Below are positions 47,104 to 56,454 of a DNA stretch of 64,000 nt, piece after piece. Origin of the DNA: an uncultured Bacteroidaceae bacterium (GTDB taxonomy: Bacteria; Bacteroidota; Bacteroidia; Bacteroidales; GCA-2748055); contig CAZLXM010000004.1 of the NCBI GenBank assembly GCA_964563105.1, forward strand, positions 11,525-75,524. Direction: 5' to 3'. The stretch's first letter is position 1; each line of letters begins with the position of its first letter. The notes below the pieces were generated by a model. It was not told the origin of the DNA. It worked only from the letters and a program-made list of their open reading frames with translations, and searched no databases. The translations under genes were made by a program, and so were the position numbers.

Positions 47104-47788
47104 TTGTGTGAATATTTTGATTTAACAACTTATTATGAACAAAAAATGCCGGTTTAATATGAAATTACAAGTTTAAGATCTTTAGTTTCAAGGGATATTT
47201 ATAGAAATAAGCGAACCGGCATTTGATTAAATATTGTTGAATGAATCCTCAACTCTTATGAAATCTCCATGTACGTCAGTGAAAAAGATGAAGAAGCTGA
47301 AAGCAGGTTATTGGCAGGCTCAACTTTCAAAAGCAGGCTATATGAAGGTTTCATTAGAAAATATGAATTAATAATGGAATAACAAATTTACTTTCTGATA
47401 AAACTCCCGGTACTATCGTTCACAACAAGAAAGTGAAAATAATTGGGGGTTCAATCAGAACAATGTAATTAACAATGATATTAACAAAAATCTTTTCTGA
47501 TGAAGACGGGTAAAAAAATAATTAATCATTGACCAATAATTATTAGCGGATATATAAATATACTGGTAAAAGAATGAGAATATTCATCAGAAATAAATTA
47601 TGTTAAATCAATGGAATAATTATTTAAATAAATATGTTTCATAAATTAAAGTAGAATAAAGGTTAAAAACTAAGTGCTGAAAATATTTAAATTATTCTCT
47701 TTCCCTCCTGGTTGTGATCCTGCTTTTTGGCAGGGTCACTATCCCGGATGGAAAAAGAGGATTCAGCCACGAGAATAATGTAAATGTA

Positions 47789-48790
47789 ATGAGATATTAC
47801 AACTACATATGGTTTATACTGATCCTGGCAGGATTATCTTTCAATTCTCCCGCCCAATATATTACTATTGTATGTCCGGGAGATACCGGATCCATTTTGA
47901 AGGTAAAAGGATCGGAAGGATCAACCTTTGTATGGACAGTGAAAGGAGGTACAATTATCCAAAATTATAATGACTCGGTAAAAGTTAACTGGGGTCACAA
48001 TGCAGGTGAATTTGAAATAACTGTACAGGAATTCTCAAAATATAATTGCCCTGCCATTCCGGTATCCGGTTTAGTACTGGTATCTGCCCCGGCCTTTAAT
48101 CTTGGTGCTGATCTGGACCTTTGTCATGGAGATTCAATTACAATTCTGGCCCCGGATAATTATTTTTCCTATTTATGGCATAATGGAAGTACAGGACTGT
48201 CATATACGGCATATACCCAGGAAAGAGTAATCCTGGAAGTCACTGATGAATATGGATGTAAACGATCAGATGATCTATATGTTACCTTACGTCCGCTGCC
48301 GGTAATAAATCTTGCTGATGAAGCGATAATTTGCGGAAATGAATCACTGATCCTGGATGCAGGTGGAGATGGTATTTTCTTCAAATGGTCAACAGGTGAA
48401 AATACAAGAGAAATAACTGTATATGAAGGAGAAAAAACTATCTGGGTTATTGTAAAAGATGCTTATGATTGTGAAAACTCAGATACAATACAAATCCTTG
48501 CCTGTTCCAGCAATATATATTTTAAGGATATGCCAACCGCATTCACCCCGAATGATGATGGAGTAAATGATGTATGGAGGATACCTCAACTTCAGGCCTT
48601 TCCTGAATCAGTTGTGGAAATTTTTGATCGTTGGGGAAACCTTCTCTTCCGTTCCGCACCAGGTTATCCAAATCCCTGGGATGGTACTTATAAAGGAAAA
48701 AGAATGCCCATGGATTCATATTATTTTGTTATTATCTTAAATAGTGATGGCATGGACCCAATAACTGGTACAGTAACATTAATAAGATGA
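47789..48790 (+). CDS. T9SS type B (gliding-motility-associated) C-terminal sorting-domain protein
   Basis: ATG at 47789 gives the signal MRYYNYIWFILILAGLSFNSPAQ. The C-terminus PTAFTPNDDGVNDVWRIPQL...VEIFDRWGNLLFRS...WDGTYKGKRMPMDSYYFVIIL...GTVTLIR matches the TIGR04131/CHU_C consensus. Confidence 0.85.
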   Translation: MRYYNYIWFILILAGLSFNSPAQYITIVCPGDTGSILKVKGSEGSTFVWTVKGGTIIQNYNDSVKVNWGHNAGEFEITVQEFSKYNCPAIPVSGLVLVSAPAFNLGADLDLCHGDSITILAPDNYFSYLWHNGSTGLSYTAYTQERVILEVTDEYGCKRSDDLYVTLRPLPVINLADEAIICGNESLILDAGGDGIFFKWSTGENTREITVYEGEKTIWVIVKDAYDCENSDTIQILACSSNIYFKDMPTAFTPNDDGVNDVWRIPQLQAFPESVVEIFDRWGNLLFRSAPGYPNPWDGTYKGKRMPMDSYYFVIILNSDGMDPITGTVTLIR

Positions 48791-49812
48791 CACATTCATT
48801 CAAATATTCAGCAAATAAACTGCATTTGACAGGGTATCTGGTTTTAATTAAACTTTGGATTATCTTGTTGGCGGCTTCTTTTCATTTAAATTTATTTGCA
48901 CAACAGGTGCCATTATACAGCCAGTATATGATGAATGGTTTCCTTTTAAATCCTGCTGTCGCCGGAAGTGAAGGTTACACTGCTATCAATCTTATATCAA
49001 GGCAGCAGTGGCTTGGATTGAAAAATGCCCCGTCCACACATGCCCTGAGTGCTCAGACAAGGATAATGAAGGATGCTTATGTTTCAAGGAGCTCTTCTGT
49101 TAAAAGAAGGCAACGACTAAGTTCAAGGAGTGGTAAAGTAGGATTGGGGGGATATATATTTACTGACCGAAATGGGCCGGTTCTAAGAAATGGTCTACAA
49201 TTATCTTATGCATACCATATAAGGATGCAACAACAACAGTTATCTTTTGGATTATCAGGTATTTTTTACCAGTTCTCCCTTGATAAAGAAAAAATAAGAT
49301 TCGAAGAAGAGGATTTATTTTATGAACATGCAAACAAAACTATATTTATTCCGGATGCAAATACCGGTGTCTATTATTCCGGTCCTGATTTTTTTGCCGG
49401 ATTTTCTGCCAGCCAGCTCCTTGAATCGGGGATACGATTTGGTGATAAAGGTTATGCCGAATATAAAATGAAAAGATATTATTATTTAACTGCAGGATAC
49501 GATTTTGCAATCAATGAGTATCTTACACTGGCTCCTTCCTTTCTGTTAAAAACAAATGATAATTTTTTATGGCAAACTGATATTAGTACCAAGCTAATTT
49601 TTAATGACGAATATTGGGGAGGAATTTCATATCGTACAGGCCGTTCATTGATTTTTATGGGAGGAATAAAAATAGATAAATATATATTCGGGTATTCTTT
49701 CGATTATACACTTAGCAGTATCATGAAACATAGTTATGGTTCACATGAATTTATCGCAGCATTACTCCTGGGGGACAACACCAGGAAATATAGATGGCTT
49801 AACAGATATTAA
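48787..49812 (+). CDS. PorP/SprF-family T9SS membrane protein
   Basis: 341 aa. AQQVPLYSQYMMNGFLLNPAVAGSEGYTAINLISRQQWLGLKNAPST is the signature N-terminus of the PorP/SprF family. Its start overlaps the upstream stop (ATGA). Confidence 0.85.
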   Translation: MTHSFKYSANKLHLTGYLVLIKLWIILLAASFHLNLFAQQVPLYSQYMMNGFLLNPAVAGSEGYTAINLISRQQWLGLKNAPSTHALSAQTRIMKDAYVSRSSSVKRRQRLSSRSGKVGLGGYIFTDRNGPVLRNGLQLSYAYHIRMQQQQLSFGLSGIFYQFSLDKEKIRFEEEDLFYEHANKTIFIPDANTGVYYSGPDFFAGFSASQLLESGIRFGDKGYAEYKMKRYYYLTAGYDFAINEYLTLAPSFLLKTNDNFLWQTDISTKLIFNDEYWGGISYRTGRSLIFMGGIKIDKYIFGYSFDYTLSSIMKHSYGSHEFIAALLLGDNTRKYRWLNRY

Positions 49813-49896
49813 AAAATTTATAAATTATCTGAAAAAAGCTGAAATACGGTTTCGAAAATATAAAAATCTGATTTCCCCGGATAAAAAAAACCCTTA

Positions 49897-50856
49897 TCAG
49901 GCTTTGATTGTTTTATAATTTTTAAACTCGCCAAGACGGATATTAAAAAACAAATTTTTTTCTATCCATGAAATAATCCGATATTTTAACTTGTCATGCT
50001 TATTCTTAAGCGGATTTAAAGTTCCTGCCGTGCCATTAAACCTTAACTGATCCTTCCAATTGAACTTGTCAATCCATTCCTTCATAACAGCAGGATGTGT
50101 ACCGGTAAATAAAGGTATACGTGATAAATTTCCATAATCATAAAGATTCTCATATAGTCTTGCTTTGTCCTGCTTTTTCACATTCTCCTGCCCATGGTGA
50201 TTGATCCTGAAGGCTCTTATTTTATTACTCATAATATCAGGGGGCCTCACCCAGCCATAATGATAAATATATGCATCGATTTCAGCAACTTTCAATTTAA
50301 AGGTACCTTCCTGCTGACGGTAATTTATCCCGTCAAAATCCGGGATACGCCTGAAAGACTGGGCTGATTCCCATGAGTGTATTTCCGGGTCATTACGAAT
50401 AATACGTATTTCCTTCCTGTACCAGCAATGGCTGTCCTGATAATGGTCATAATCGCCCCAAAAATGCCGGTATTTAAAAAGTATGCCTTCTACATCCTTG
50501 TTATCCAATAACTCCTGACAACGCTTGTTTATAAGGGGCAGGTATTTTTCATGAATAACTTCATCTGATTGAAGATATAAAAGCCAGTCGCCTTTACAAT
50601 GACTTTTTGCAATATCCGTCTGACGGGCATGTTCCATACCCCGCGGATACTTAACAATATCCCACAAAGTATCAATAATCTTTATTTTATCTGAGCCAAT
50701 ACTCTCAATTTCTTCCCGGGTTTTATCGTCTTCATCACAATCTCCCAGAGCAACAACAAACTCATCCACAATAGGCAATACCGATAAAATAGCCTGTTTT
50801 AAAGGATAGTATAATTTGTTGGCATTTTTTGCCATGGAAAAACCACTGATTCTCAT
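49897..50856 (-). CDS. family 2-like glycosyltransferase
   Basis: 319 aa. The N-terminus MRISGFSMAKNANKLYYPLKQAILSVLPIVDEFVVALGDCDEDD and the LYLQSDEV (DxD-like) motif resemble Bacteroidota proteins annotated GT2, as I recall them. Confidence 0.6.
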   Translation of the reverse strand: MRISGFSMAKNANKLYYPLKQAILSVLPIVDEFVVALGDCDEDDKTREEIESIGSDKIKIIDTLWDIVKYPRGMEHARQTDIAKSHCKGDWLLYLQSDEVIHEKYLPLINKRCQELLDNKDVEGILFKYRHFWGDYDHYQDSHCWYRKEIRIIRNDPEIHSWESAQSFRRIPDFDGINYRQQEGTFKLKVAEIDAYIYHYGWVRPPDIMSNKIRAFRINHHGQENVKKQDKARLYENLYDYGNLSRIPLFTGTHPAVMKEWIDKFNWKDQLRFNGTAGTLNPLKNKHDKLKYRIISWIEKNLFFNIRLGEFKNYKTIKA

Positions 50857-50871
50857 TATTTACACCTAAAA

Positions 50872-52692
50872 TTAAAACATTTGAAGTTTGTGAAGCCGGC
50901 TGTACATTCCGCTTTCAATTTCAATCAGCTCATCATGCCGCCCCGATTCAACAATCCCGCCTTCTTCAAGAACAATTATCCTGTCAGCATATTTAACTGT
51001 CGATAAACGATGAGCAATTACAAGAGAAGTACGGTTCTTCATCAGATTTAATATTGCTTCCTGTACCAGTCTCTCTGATTCAGTGTCTAAAGATGAAGTT
51101 GCCTCATCAAGAATTAAAATAGGCGGATTTTTCAATACAGCCCTGGCAATACTGACCCTTTGTCTCTGACCACCCGATAATTTACTTCCTCCTTCTCCTA
51201 CATTTGTATAATAACCCAAAGGTGTCTCCATAATAAAATCATGTGCATTTGCCACTTTCGCTGCGGCTATAACATCTTCTTCCCTGGCATTTAAAACTCC
51301 AAAAGCTATATTGTTAAAAAAAGTATCATTAAAAAGAATAGATTGCTGGCTCACTATACCCATAAGTTTCCTAAGATCATGTAATTTGATGTCCCTGACA
51401 GAGATCCCGTCAATGAGTATGTCCCCCTCAGAAGCATCTATAAACCTGGGAATAAGATCAACAAGTGTGGACTTTCCGGCCCCTGATCTGCCAACTATAG
51501 CAATGGTCTGACCTTTAAATATTTGTAAATTTATATCCTTAAGTACCGGTTCCTGTCCATAAGAAAAAGACACATTATGGAAAATAATTTCTTTTTTAAA
51601 TTCGCTAACGGTAATTGCGTCTTCTTTTTCCTTTATTATAATATCAGCATCCATAATCTGGTCTATCCTGTCAATGGATGCAAGACCTTTAAGTACATTA
51701 TAATATGCAGTAGTAACAGATTTTGCGGGATTTATTATCTGAGAAAAAATAACCAGATAAGTGATCAACACAGATGAAGAAAGGGAACCATGTTGCCCGA
51801 GAACCATTGCTCCTCCAAACCATAAAACCGTAACTAATACAAAAACTCCTAAAAATTCACTTAATGGACTGGCAAGTTGTTGTTTGCGGTAAACTCTTTC
51901 AGTTAACCTTGTAAATAAAAGATTCGTATTTTCAAATCTTTTAGTCATTTTTTCCTCTGCATTAAAAGCTTTAATAATTCTTAAACCTCCAAGAGTCTCT
52001 TCAAATACTGACATAATCAGGCCAAGTTTTTGCTGCCCTTTTAACGAACTGCTCCGGAGGGTCTTTCCAATCCGCCCTATTATGTAACCACTAACAGGAA
52101 GAAGTATGATTACAAAAAGAGTGAGTTTTATGCTCATATAAAATAAAGATCCCAGGTATATAATTATAAGAATTGGATCACGAAAGATCATTTCAAGGGA
52201 CCTGACAACTGACACTTCTATCTCCTGAACATCCTGGGCCATCCTTGACATAATATCTCCCTTCTTTTCTTCAGTAAAATATCCTAAAGGCAATTCCAGA
52301 ACTTTCTTATATACTTTATTACGAATATCTTTTACCACACCTGTTCGAAGGGGGATCATAAAAAATTTCGATAAATAAAGAAATAAATTTTTAAGGAGTG
52401 TGGTAATAACAACAATAAGGCCGACAAAAAACAAGGCATTAACCTTTCCTTTATAAATGATTATCCAGCTTAAATAATAATTAAAATTATGGATAATAGA
52501 ATTGGCATTAAGTGCAAAAGGTATCGGTTCTGTTATAAGATCAGATTGCCCAAATAGAACATTAAGAAAAGGGGCAACCATTGCCAGGCTAAACAAAGAA
52601 AATATAGAAGATAATATCACAAATCCAATGCTTGCAGCCGCTTCCCATTTATAGGGCAATATATATCTGAAAATCCTGTAAATACTCTTCAT
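50872..52692 (-). CDS. ABC exporter, fused permease/ATPase (MsbA-like)
   Basis: 606 aa. It has six N-terminal TM helices, Walker A GRSGAGKST, the signature LSGGQRQRVSIARA and Walker B ILILDEATS. Confidence 0.9.
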   Translation of the reverse strand: MKSIYRIFRYILPYKWEAAASIGFVILSSIFSLFSLAMVAPFLNVLFGQSDLITEPIPFALNANSIIHNFNYYLSWIIIYKGKVNALFFVGLIVVITTLLKNLFLYLSKFFMIPLRTGVVKDIRNKVYKKVLELPLGYFTEEKKGDIMSRMAQDVQEIEVSVVRSLEMIFRDPILIIIYLGSLFYMSIKLTLFVIILLPVSGYIIGRIGKTLRSSSLKGQQKLGLIMSVFEETLGGLRIIKAFNAEEKMTKRFENTNLLFTRLTERVYRKQQLASPLSEFLGVFVLVTVLWFGGAMVLGQHGSLSSSVLITYLVIFSQIINPAKSVTTAYYNVLKGLASIDRIDQIMDADIIIKEKEDAITVSEFKKEIIFHNVSFSYGQEPVLKDINLQIFKGQTIAIVGRSGAGKSTLVDLIPRFIDASEGDILIDGISVRDIKLHDLRKLMGIVSQQSILFNDTFFNNIAFGVLNAREEDVIAAAKVANAHDFIMETPLGYYTNVGEGGSKLSGGQRQRVSIARAVLKNPPILILDEATSSLDTESERLVQEAILNLMKNRTSLVIAHRLSTVKYADRIIVLEEGGIVESGRHDELIEIESGMYSRLHKLQMF

Positions 52693-52753
52693 TAAATTTC
52701 TTCAAATAATTCGGGATTACAAACTTAATTATTAAACGTAAAAAAGTACATTA

Positions 52754-54097
52754 TTATATTCCGGTATAATTTTGGGGTGAAATATTTTTAAGTTCGGCCT
52801 TAACCTTATCCGAAATATTAAGTGTTTCAATAAACTCATGAATTAATGCCTTTGTTACAGGCTTATTCTGTCTCGTCAATGATTTTAAAGCCTCATATGG
52901 CCCCGGATGTCCTTCCCTGCGCAAGATAGTCTGAATTGCCTCAGCCACTACTACCCAGTTATTTTCCAGGTCATCTTCGATTTTAGCTTTATTCAGTATC
53001 AATTTGTCAAGGCCCTTTAGTATTGATTTGAGCGAGATAATAGTATGGGCCATCGGAACACCAATATTCCTCAAAACTGTTGAATCACTAAGGTCTCTTT
53101 GAAGGCGCGAAACAGGAAGTTTTTCCGACATAAAACTGAAAACAGCGTTAGCCATACCCAGATTTCCTTCAGCATTTTCAAAATCAATAGGATTTATTTT
53201 GTGGGGCATGGTAGATGAACCTGTTTCAACTTCACTAATTTTCTGATGAAAATATTCCATAGAAATATACATCCATACATCCCGGCATAAATCAATCAGA
53301 ATATTATTAATTCGTGATAAATTATCCATTAAAGCAGAAATATTGTCATAATGTTCAATCTGCGTGGTTATCTGAGTCCTGGATAACCCCAGTACCTTAT
53401 TCACAAAATCATCAGCAAACTGTATCCAGTTTATCCGGGGATAAGCTGCAACGTGAGCATTAAAATTCCCCACAGCACCTCCAAATTTTGCAGACCATGG
53501 AATACTAAGCAACATTTCCTTCTGAACTTTAAGACGTTCCGAAAAAACTAAAAATTCCTTCCCTACCCTCGTTGGTGAAGCAGGTTGGCCGTGAGTCCTT
53601 GCCAGCATCGGAATTTCTTTCCATTCATCAGCCAGTTTATCGATTTTATTGATAAGAGTTTCCAATTGTTCAGAATAAACCTCTTTTAAAAAGTCTCTCA
53701 CAAGAGCTGGTATTGCTGTATTATTTATATCCTGTGATGTTAGTCCGAAATGAAGAAATTCCTTATACTCAGATAAGCCAAATTCATCAAACTTATTTTT
53801 CAAATAATACTCAACCGCTTTAACATCATGATTTGTCTTTTTTTCTATTTCTTTTACGTTTTTTGCATCTTCCAGTTTAAAATTTTTATATATACCCCGC
53901 AAAATATCAATTTTAGCCAATTGTTCAGCACTTAGGTGAAAAATTCCGGCTTTATACAAGGCAATAAAATATTCTGTTTCAACCCAAACTCTATATCGAA
54001 TTAAGCCGAATTCTGAAAAATAGGAAGCAAGTTTATCTGTCTGATTATGGTATCGACCATCAATCGGTGATATAGCGGTTAATGGATTTAAGCCCAT
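52754..54097 (-). CDS. purB: adenylosuccinate lyase
   Basis: 447 aa. The motifs are SPIDGRY, GLTSQDINNTA, TH GQPASPT and GSSTMPHKINP, the fumarate-lyase signature. Confidence 0.9.
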   Translation of the reverse strand: MGLNPLTAISPIDGRYHNQTDKLASYFSEFGLIRYRVWVETEYFIALYKAGIFHLSAEQLAKIDILRGIYKNFKLEDAKNVKEIEKKTNHDVKAVEYYLKNKFDEFGLSEYKEFLHFGLTSQDINNTAIPALVRDFLKEVYSEQLETLINKIDKLADEWKEIPMLARTHGQPASPTRVGKEFLVFSERLKVQKEMLLSIPWSAKFGGAVGNFNAHVAAYPRINWIQFADDFVNKVLGLSRTQITTQIEHYDNISALMDNLSRINNILIDLCRDVWMYISMEYFHQKISEVETGSSTMPHKINPIDFENAEGNLGMANAVFSFMSEKLPVSRLQRDLSDSTVLRNIGVPMAHTIISLKSILKGLDKLILNKAKIEDDLENNWVVVAEAIQTILRREGHPGPYEALKSLTRQNKPVTKALIHEFIETLNISDKVKAELKNISPQNYTGI

Positions 54098-54445
54098 ACA
54101 TTGGTATATTAAAATGTATAAAGATAAAAGATTTTTTTGAAAATTTTAGCCGGCATTATGTTCTTCTGTCATTAAACAGTCTGATTCAGAAAAGTAAAGA
54201 CCTTAAGCCGGATTTATCATCTCATAATTAAATTCAGGACAACCAGGTATTTAATTTGAATTTATGCTTAAATTTACATGCTTATTATTTTAATTGATCA
54301 TTTTAAACGATTTGAGAGACAAGGTTCATTTATAAAATAAAAGTAATTTTTCTGAAATAAACCGGAAAATGAATAATTTTAATACAGGGACCAGGAATAA
54401 TAAACTTAAATATAGCCTGTTCTTCTAAAATTTAATTATGAGATA

Positions 54446-55867
54446 ATGAATAATTTTTTGTTAAAAATAATATCTTTTGCACTTCTGTTTAAGCTGCCTT
54501 TCATGGTCAATACTCAGGAAAACTACAACATTGAACATGAAGAAAATCTTGTTTATACATTTGAAATAAAAGAACAAATTGCCCAGCCAATATGGAGAAT
54601 CACTAAGAAAGCCATGGACGCTGCTGAGTCTTTAAATGTAAAATATATTATAATTCAGATGAATACCTACGGCGGTCTGGTTGACATGGCTGATTCCATA
54701 AGAACCAGGGTTCTCAACAGTAAAATACCCGTTTATGTATTTATTGATGATAACGCAGCATCTGCAGGCGCCTTGATTGCGATAGCATGTAAAAGAATTT
54801 ATATGAAACCGGGCGGAAAAATAGGTGCAGCTACAGTTGTTAATCAAACAGGTGATGTTGTTCCGGATAAATTCCAGTCATATATGAGGGCTACCATGCG
54901 TGCTACAGCTGAAGCACATGGAAAGGATACAATTATTACCGGAAATGACACTGTATATAAATGGAAGAGGGATCCAAAAATTGCAGAAGCAATGGTTGAT
55001 CCTGCAGTGGCTATTCCCGGAATAATAGACACAGGTAAAGTACTCACTTTTACAGCCGAAGAAGCACTACAAAATAATTTTTGTGAAGGGCTTACCTCTA
55101 ATTTTGAGGAAGTATTGAAACAAGCAGGTATTGATAATTATAAAATCATTGAATTTAAACCTACAACAATTGACAAGATCATTAGTTTCCTGTTAAATCC
55201 CCTGATACATGGACTTCTTATAATGATAATAATAGGAGGTATATATTTTGAACTGCAAACCCCGGGAATCGGTTTTCCCTTTGCTGCAGCTTTAACTGCT
55301 GCAATACTTTATTTTGCCCCTCTTTATCTTGAAGGTATTGCCCAAAATTGGGAATTAGCTGTTTTTATAGTTGGGATTATACTCCTGCTTGTCGAAATTT
55401 TTGCAATTCCCGGATTTGGAATAATTGGGATAAGTGGTATTGCAATGATCGTTATTGGTCTTACTCTTGCAATGGTTGATAATGTAGTTTTTAACTCAGG
55501 CGATATCACATTGATACTCAATACTGTTTTTGGCGCATTCTTTATTGTAATAGTATCAATGTTTATCTCACTCATTGCCTCAATCTATTTCGGAAAACAG
55601 TTAATTACATCAGGATTGTTCCCGCATATTGCCTTAAAAGATACACAAAAAATGTCTGAAGGCTTTATTGGAGTTGACGACTCTTTTATAAAATTAGTTG
55701 GAAAAGAGGGGATTGCTTATACCATTCTTCGTCCTTCAGGAAAAATAATGGTGGATCAGGAAATATACGATGCAAAATCGGAATATGGCCTGATTGATAA
55801 GGGAGAAAAAGTAAAAATAACCAGATATGAAACAGGACAACTTTATGTTGTCAGAGACTCTGATTAA
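54446..55867 (+). CDS. NfeD-family membrane-bound ClpP-class serine protease (long form)
   Basis: 473 aa. It has a signal peptide and a ClpP-like domain (IIIQMNTYGGLVDMADSIRTRV...FIDDNAASAGALIAIAC). Four or five TM helices follow, then a C-terminal OB-like NfeD domain (GKEGIAYTILRPSGKIMVDQEIYDAKSE). Confidence 0.8.
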   Translation: MNNFLLKIISFALLFKLPFMVNTQENYNIEHEENLVYTFEIKEQIAQPIWRITKKAMDAAESLNVKYIIIQMNTYGGLVDMADSIRTRVLNSKIPVYVFIDDNAASAGALIAIACKRIYMKPGGKIGAATVVNQTGDVVPDKFQSYMRATMRATAEAHGKDTIITGNDTVYKWKRDPKIAEAMVDPAVAIPGIIDTGKVLTFTAEEALQNNFCEGLTSNFEEVLKQAGIDNYKIIEFKPTTIDKIISFLLNPLIHGLLIMIIIGGIYFELQTPGIGFPFAAALTAAILYFAPLYLEGIAQNWELAVFIVGIILLLVEIFAIPGFGIIGISGIAMIVIGLTLAMVDNVVFNSGDITLILNTVFGAFFIVIVSMFISLIASIYFGKQLITSGLFPHIALKDTQKMSEGFIGVDDSFIKLVGKEGIAYTILRPSGKIMVDQEIYDAKSEYGLIDKGEKVKITRYETGQLYVVRDSD

Positions 55868-55958
55868 TCAGAGAAATAATTAATCAAAAGGTGAGATTTG
55901 TAAAACCAAACAATATTCAAATTATTACAGAAGGAACACTAAATAAAAGATTTTGAAT

Positions 55959-56405
55959 ATGATCGTTCAGGGCTGTTTTCAAATCAGGGATTATGAAAAA
56001 AAAGATTTTAAAAGTCTTCTTAAACTCTGGAAAGATACAGGCATATTTAATCCGGAAAGACAGGATGATGAGAAAAGTATTGAGAGATGCAACAATTTTG
56101 GGGGAAAACTGCTGGTTATGATTGATTTAAATAATGATCAAATCATTGGTTCATCATGGATGACAGTTGATGGAAGAAGGTTATACCTTCATCATTTTTG
56201 TATTTTACCCGAATATCAGGGTAAAAACCTTGGAGAATCTCTTGGATACGCTTCCCTAAATTTTATTAAAGAAACTGGTTATCAGGCGAAGCTGGAGGTA
56301 CACAAAAACAATATCCCTGCAAAAAATTTATATGAAAAACTCGGTTTTATTAGTTACAGTGATTATGATATTTATATGATAAGAAATTCGGCAGGAAGAA
56401 AATAA
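55959..56405 (+). CDS. GNAT-family N-acetyltransferase
   Basis: I use the ATG at 55959; the track ORF begins at a TTG at 55953. The motifs are HHFCILPEYQGKNLGESL (motif A) and NIPAKNLYEKLGF. Confidence 0.8.
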   Translation: MIVQGCFQIRDYEKKDFKSLLKLWKDTGIFNPERQDDEKSIERCNNFGGKLLVMIDLNNDQIIGSSWMTVDGRRLYLHHFCILPEYQGKNLGESLGYASLNFIKETGYQAKLEVHKNNIPAKNLYEKLGFISYSDYDIYMIRNSAGRK

Positions 56406-56454
56406 ATTAGCACATTAATTTTTAAAAAATATAACCATATTCATTAAGAAAATT

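Noticed and set aside
47258-47371. A 37-codon ORF (MKSPCTSVKKMKKLKAGYWQAQLSKAGYMKVSLENMN) in the 685-bp gap.
   Set aside because: It is too short, has no signal peptide or recognisable motif, and has no obvious translation-initiation context. I have no conservation data to support it.
37134-48790. The giant, 269-aa and 334-aa ORFs as fragments of one broken SprB-like gene.
   Set aside because: Each downstream ORF begins with its own canonical signal peptide (FAILALITAGFSNSLFAQ and IWFILILAGLSFNSPAQ). The intervals between them do not translate in frame into domain sequence.
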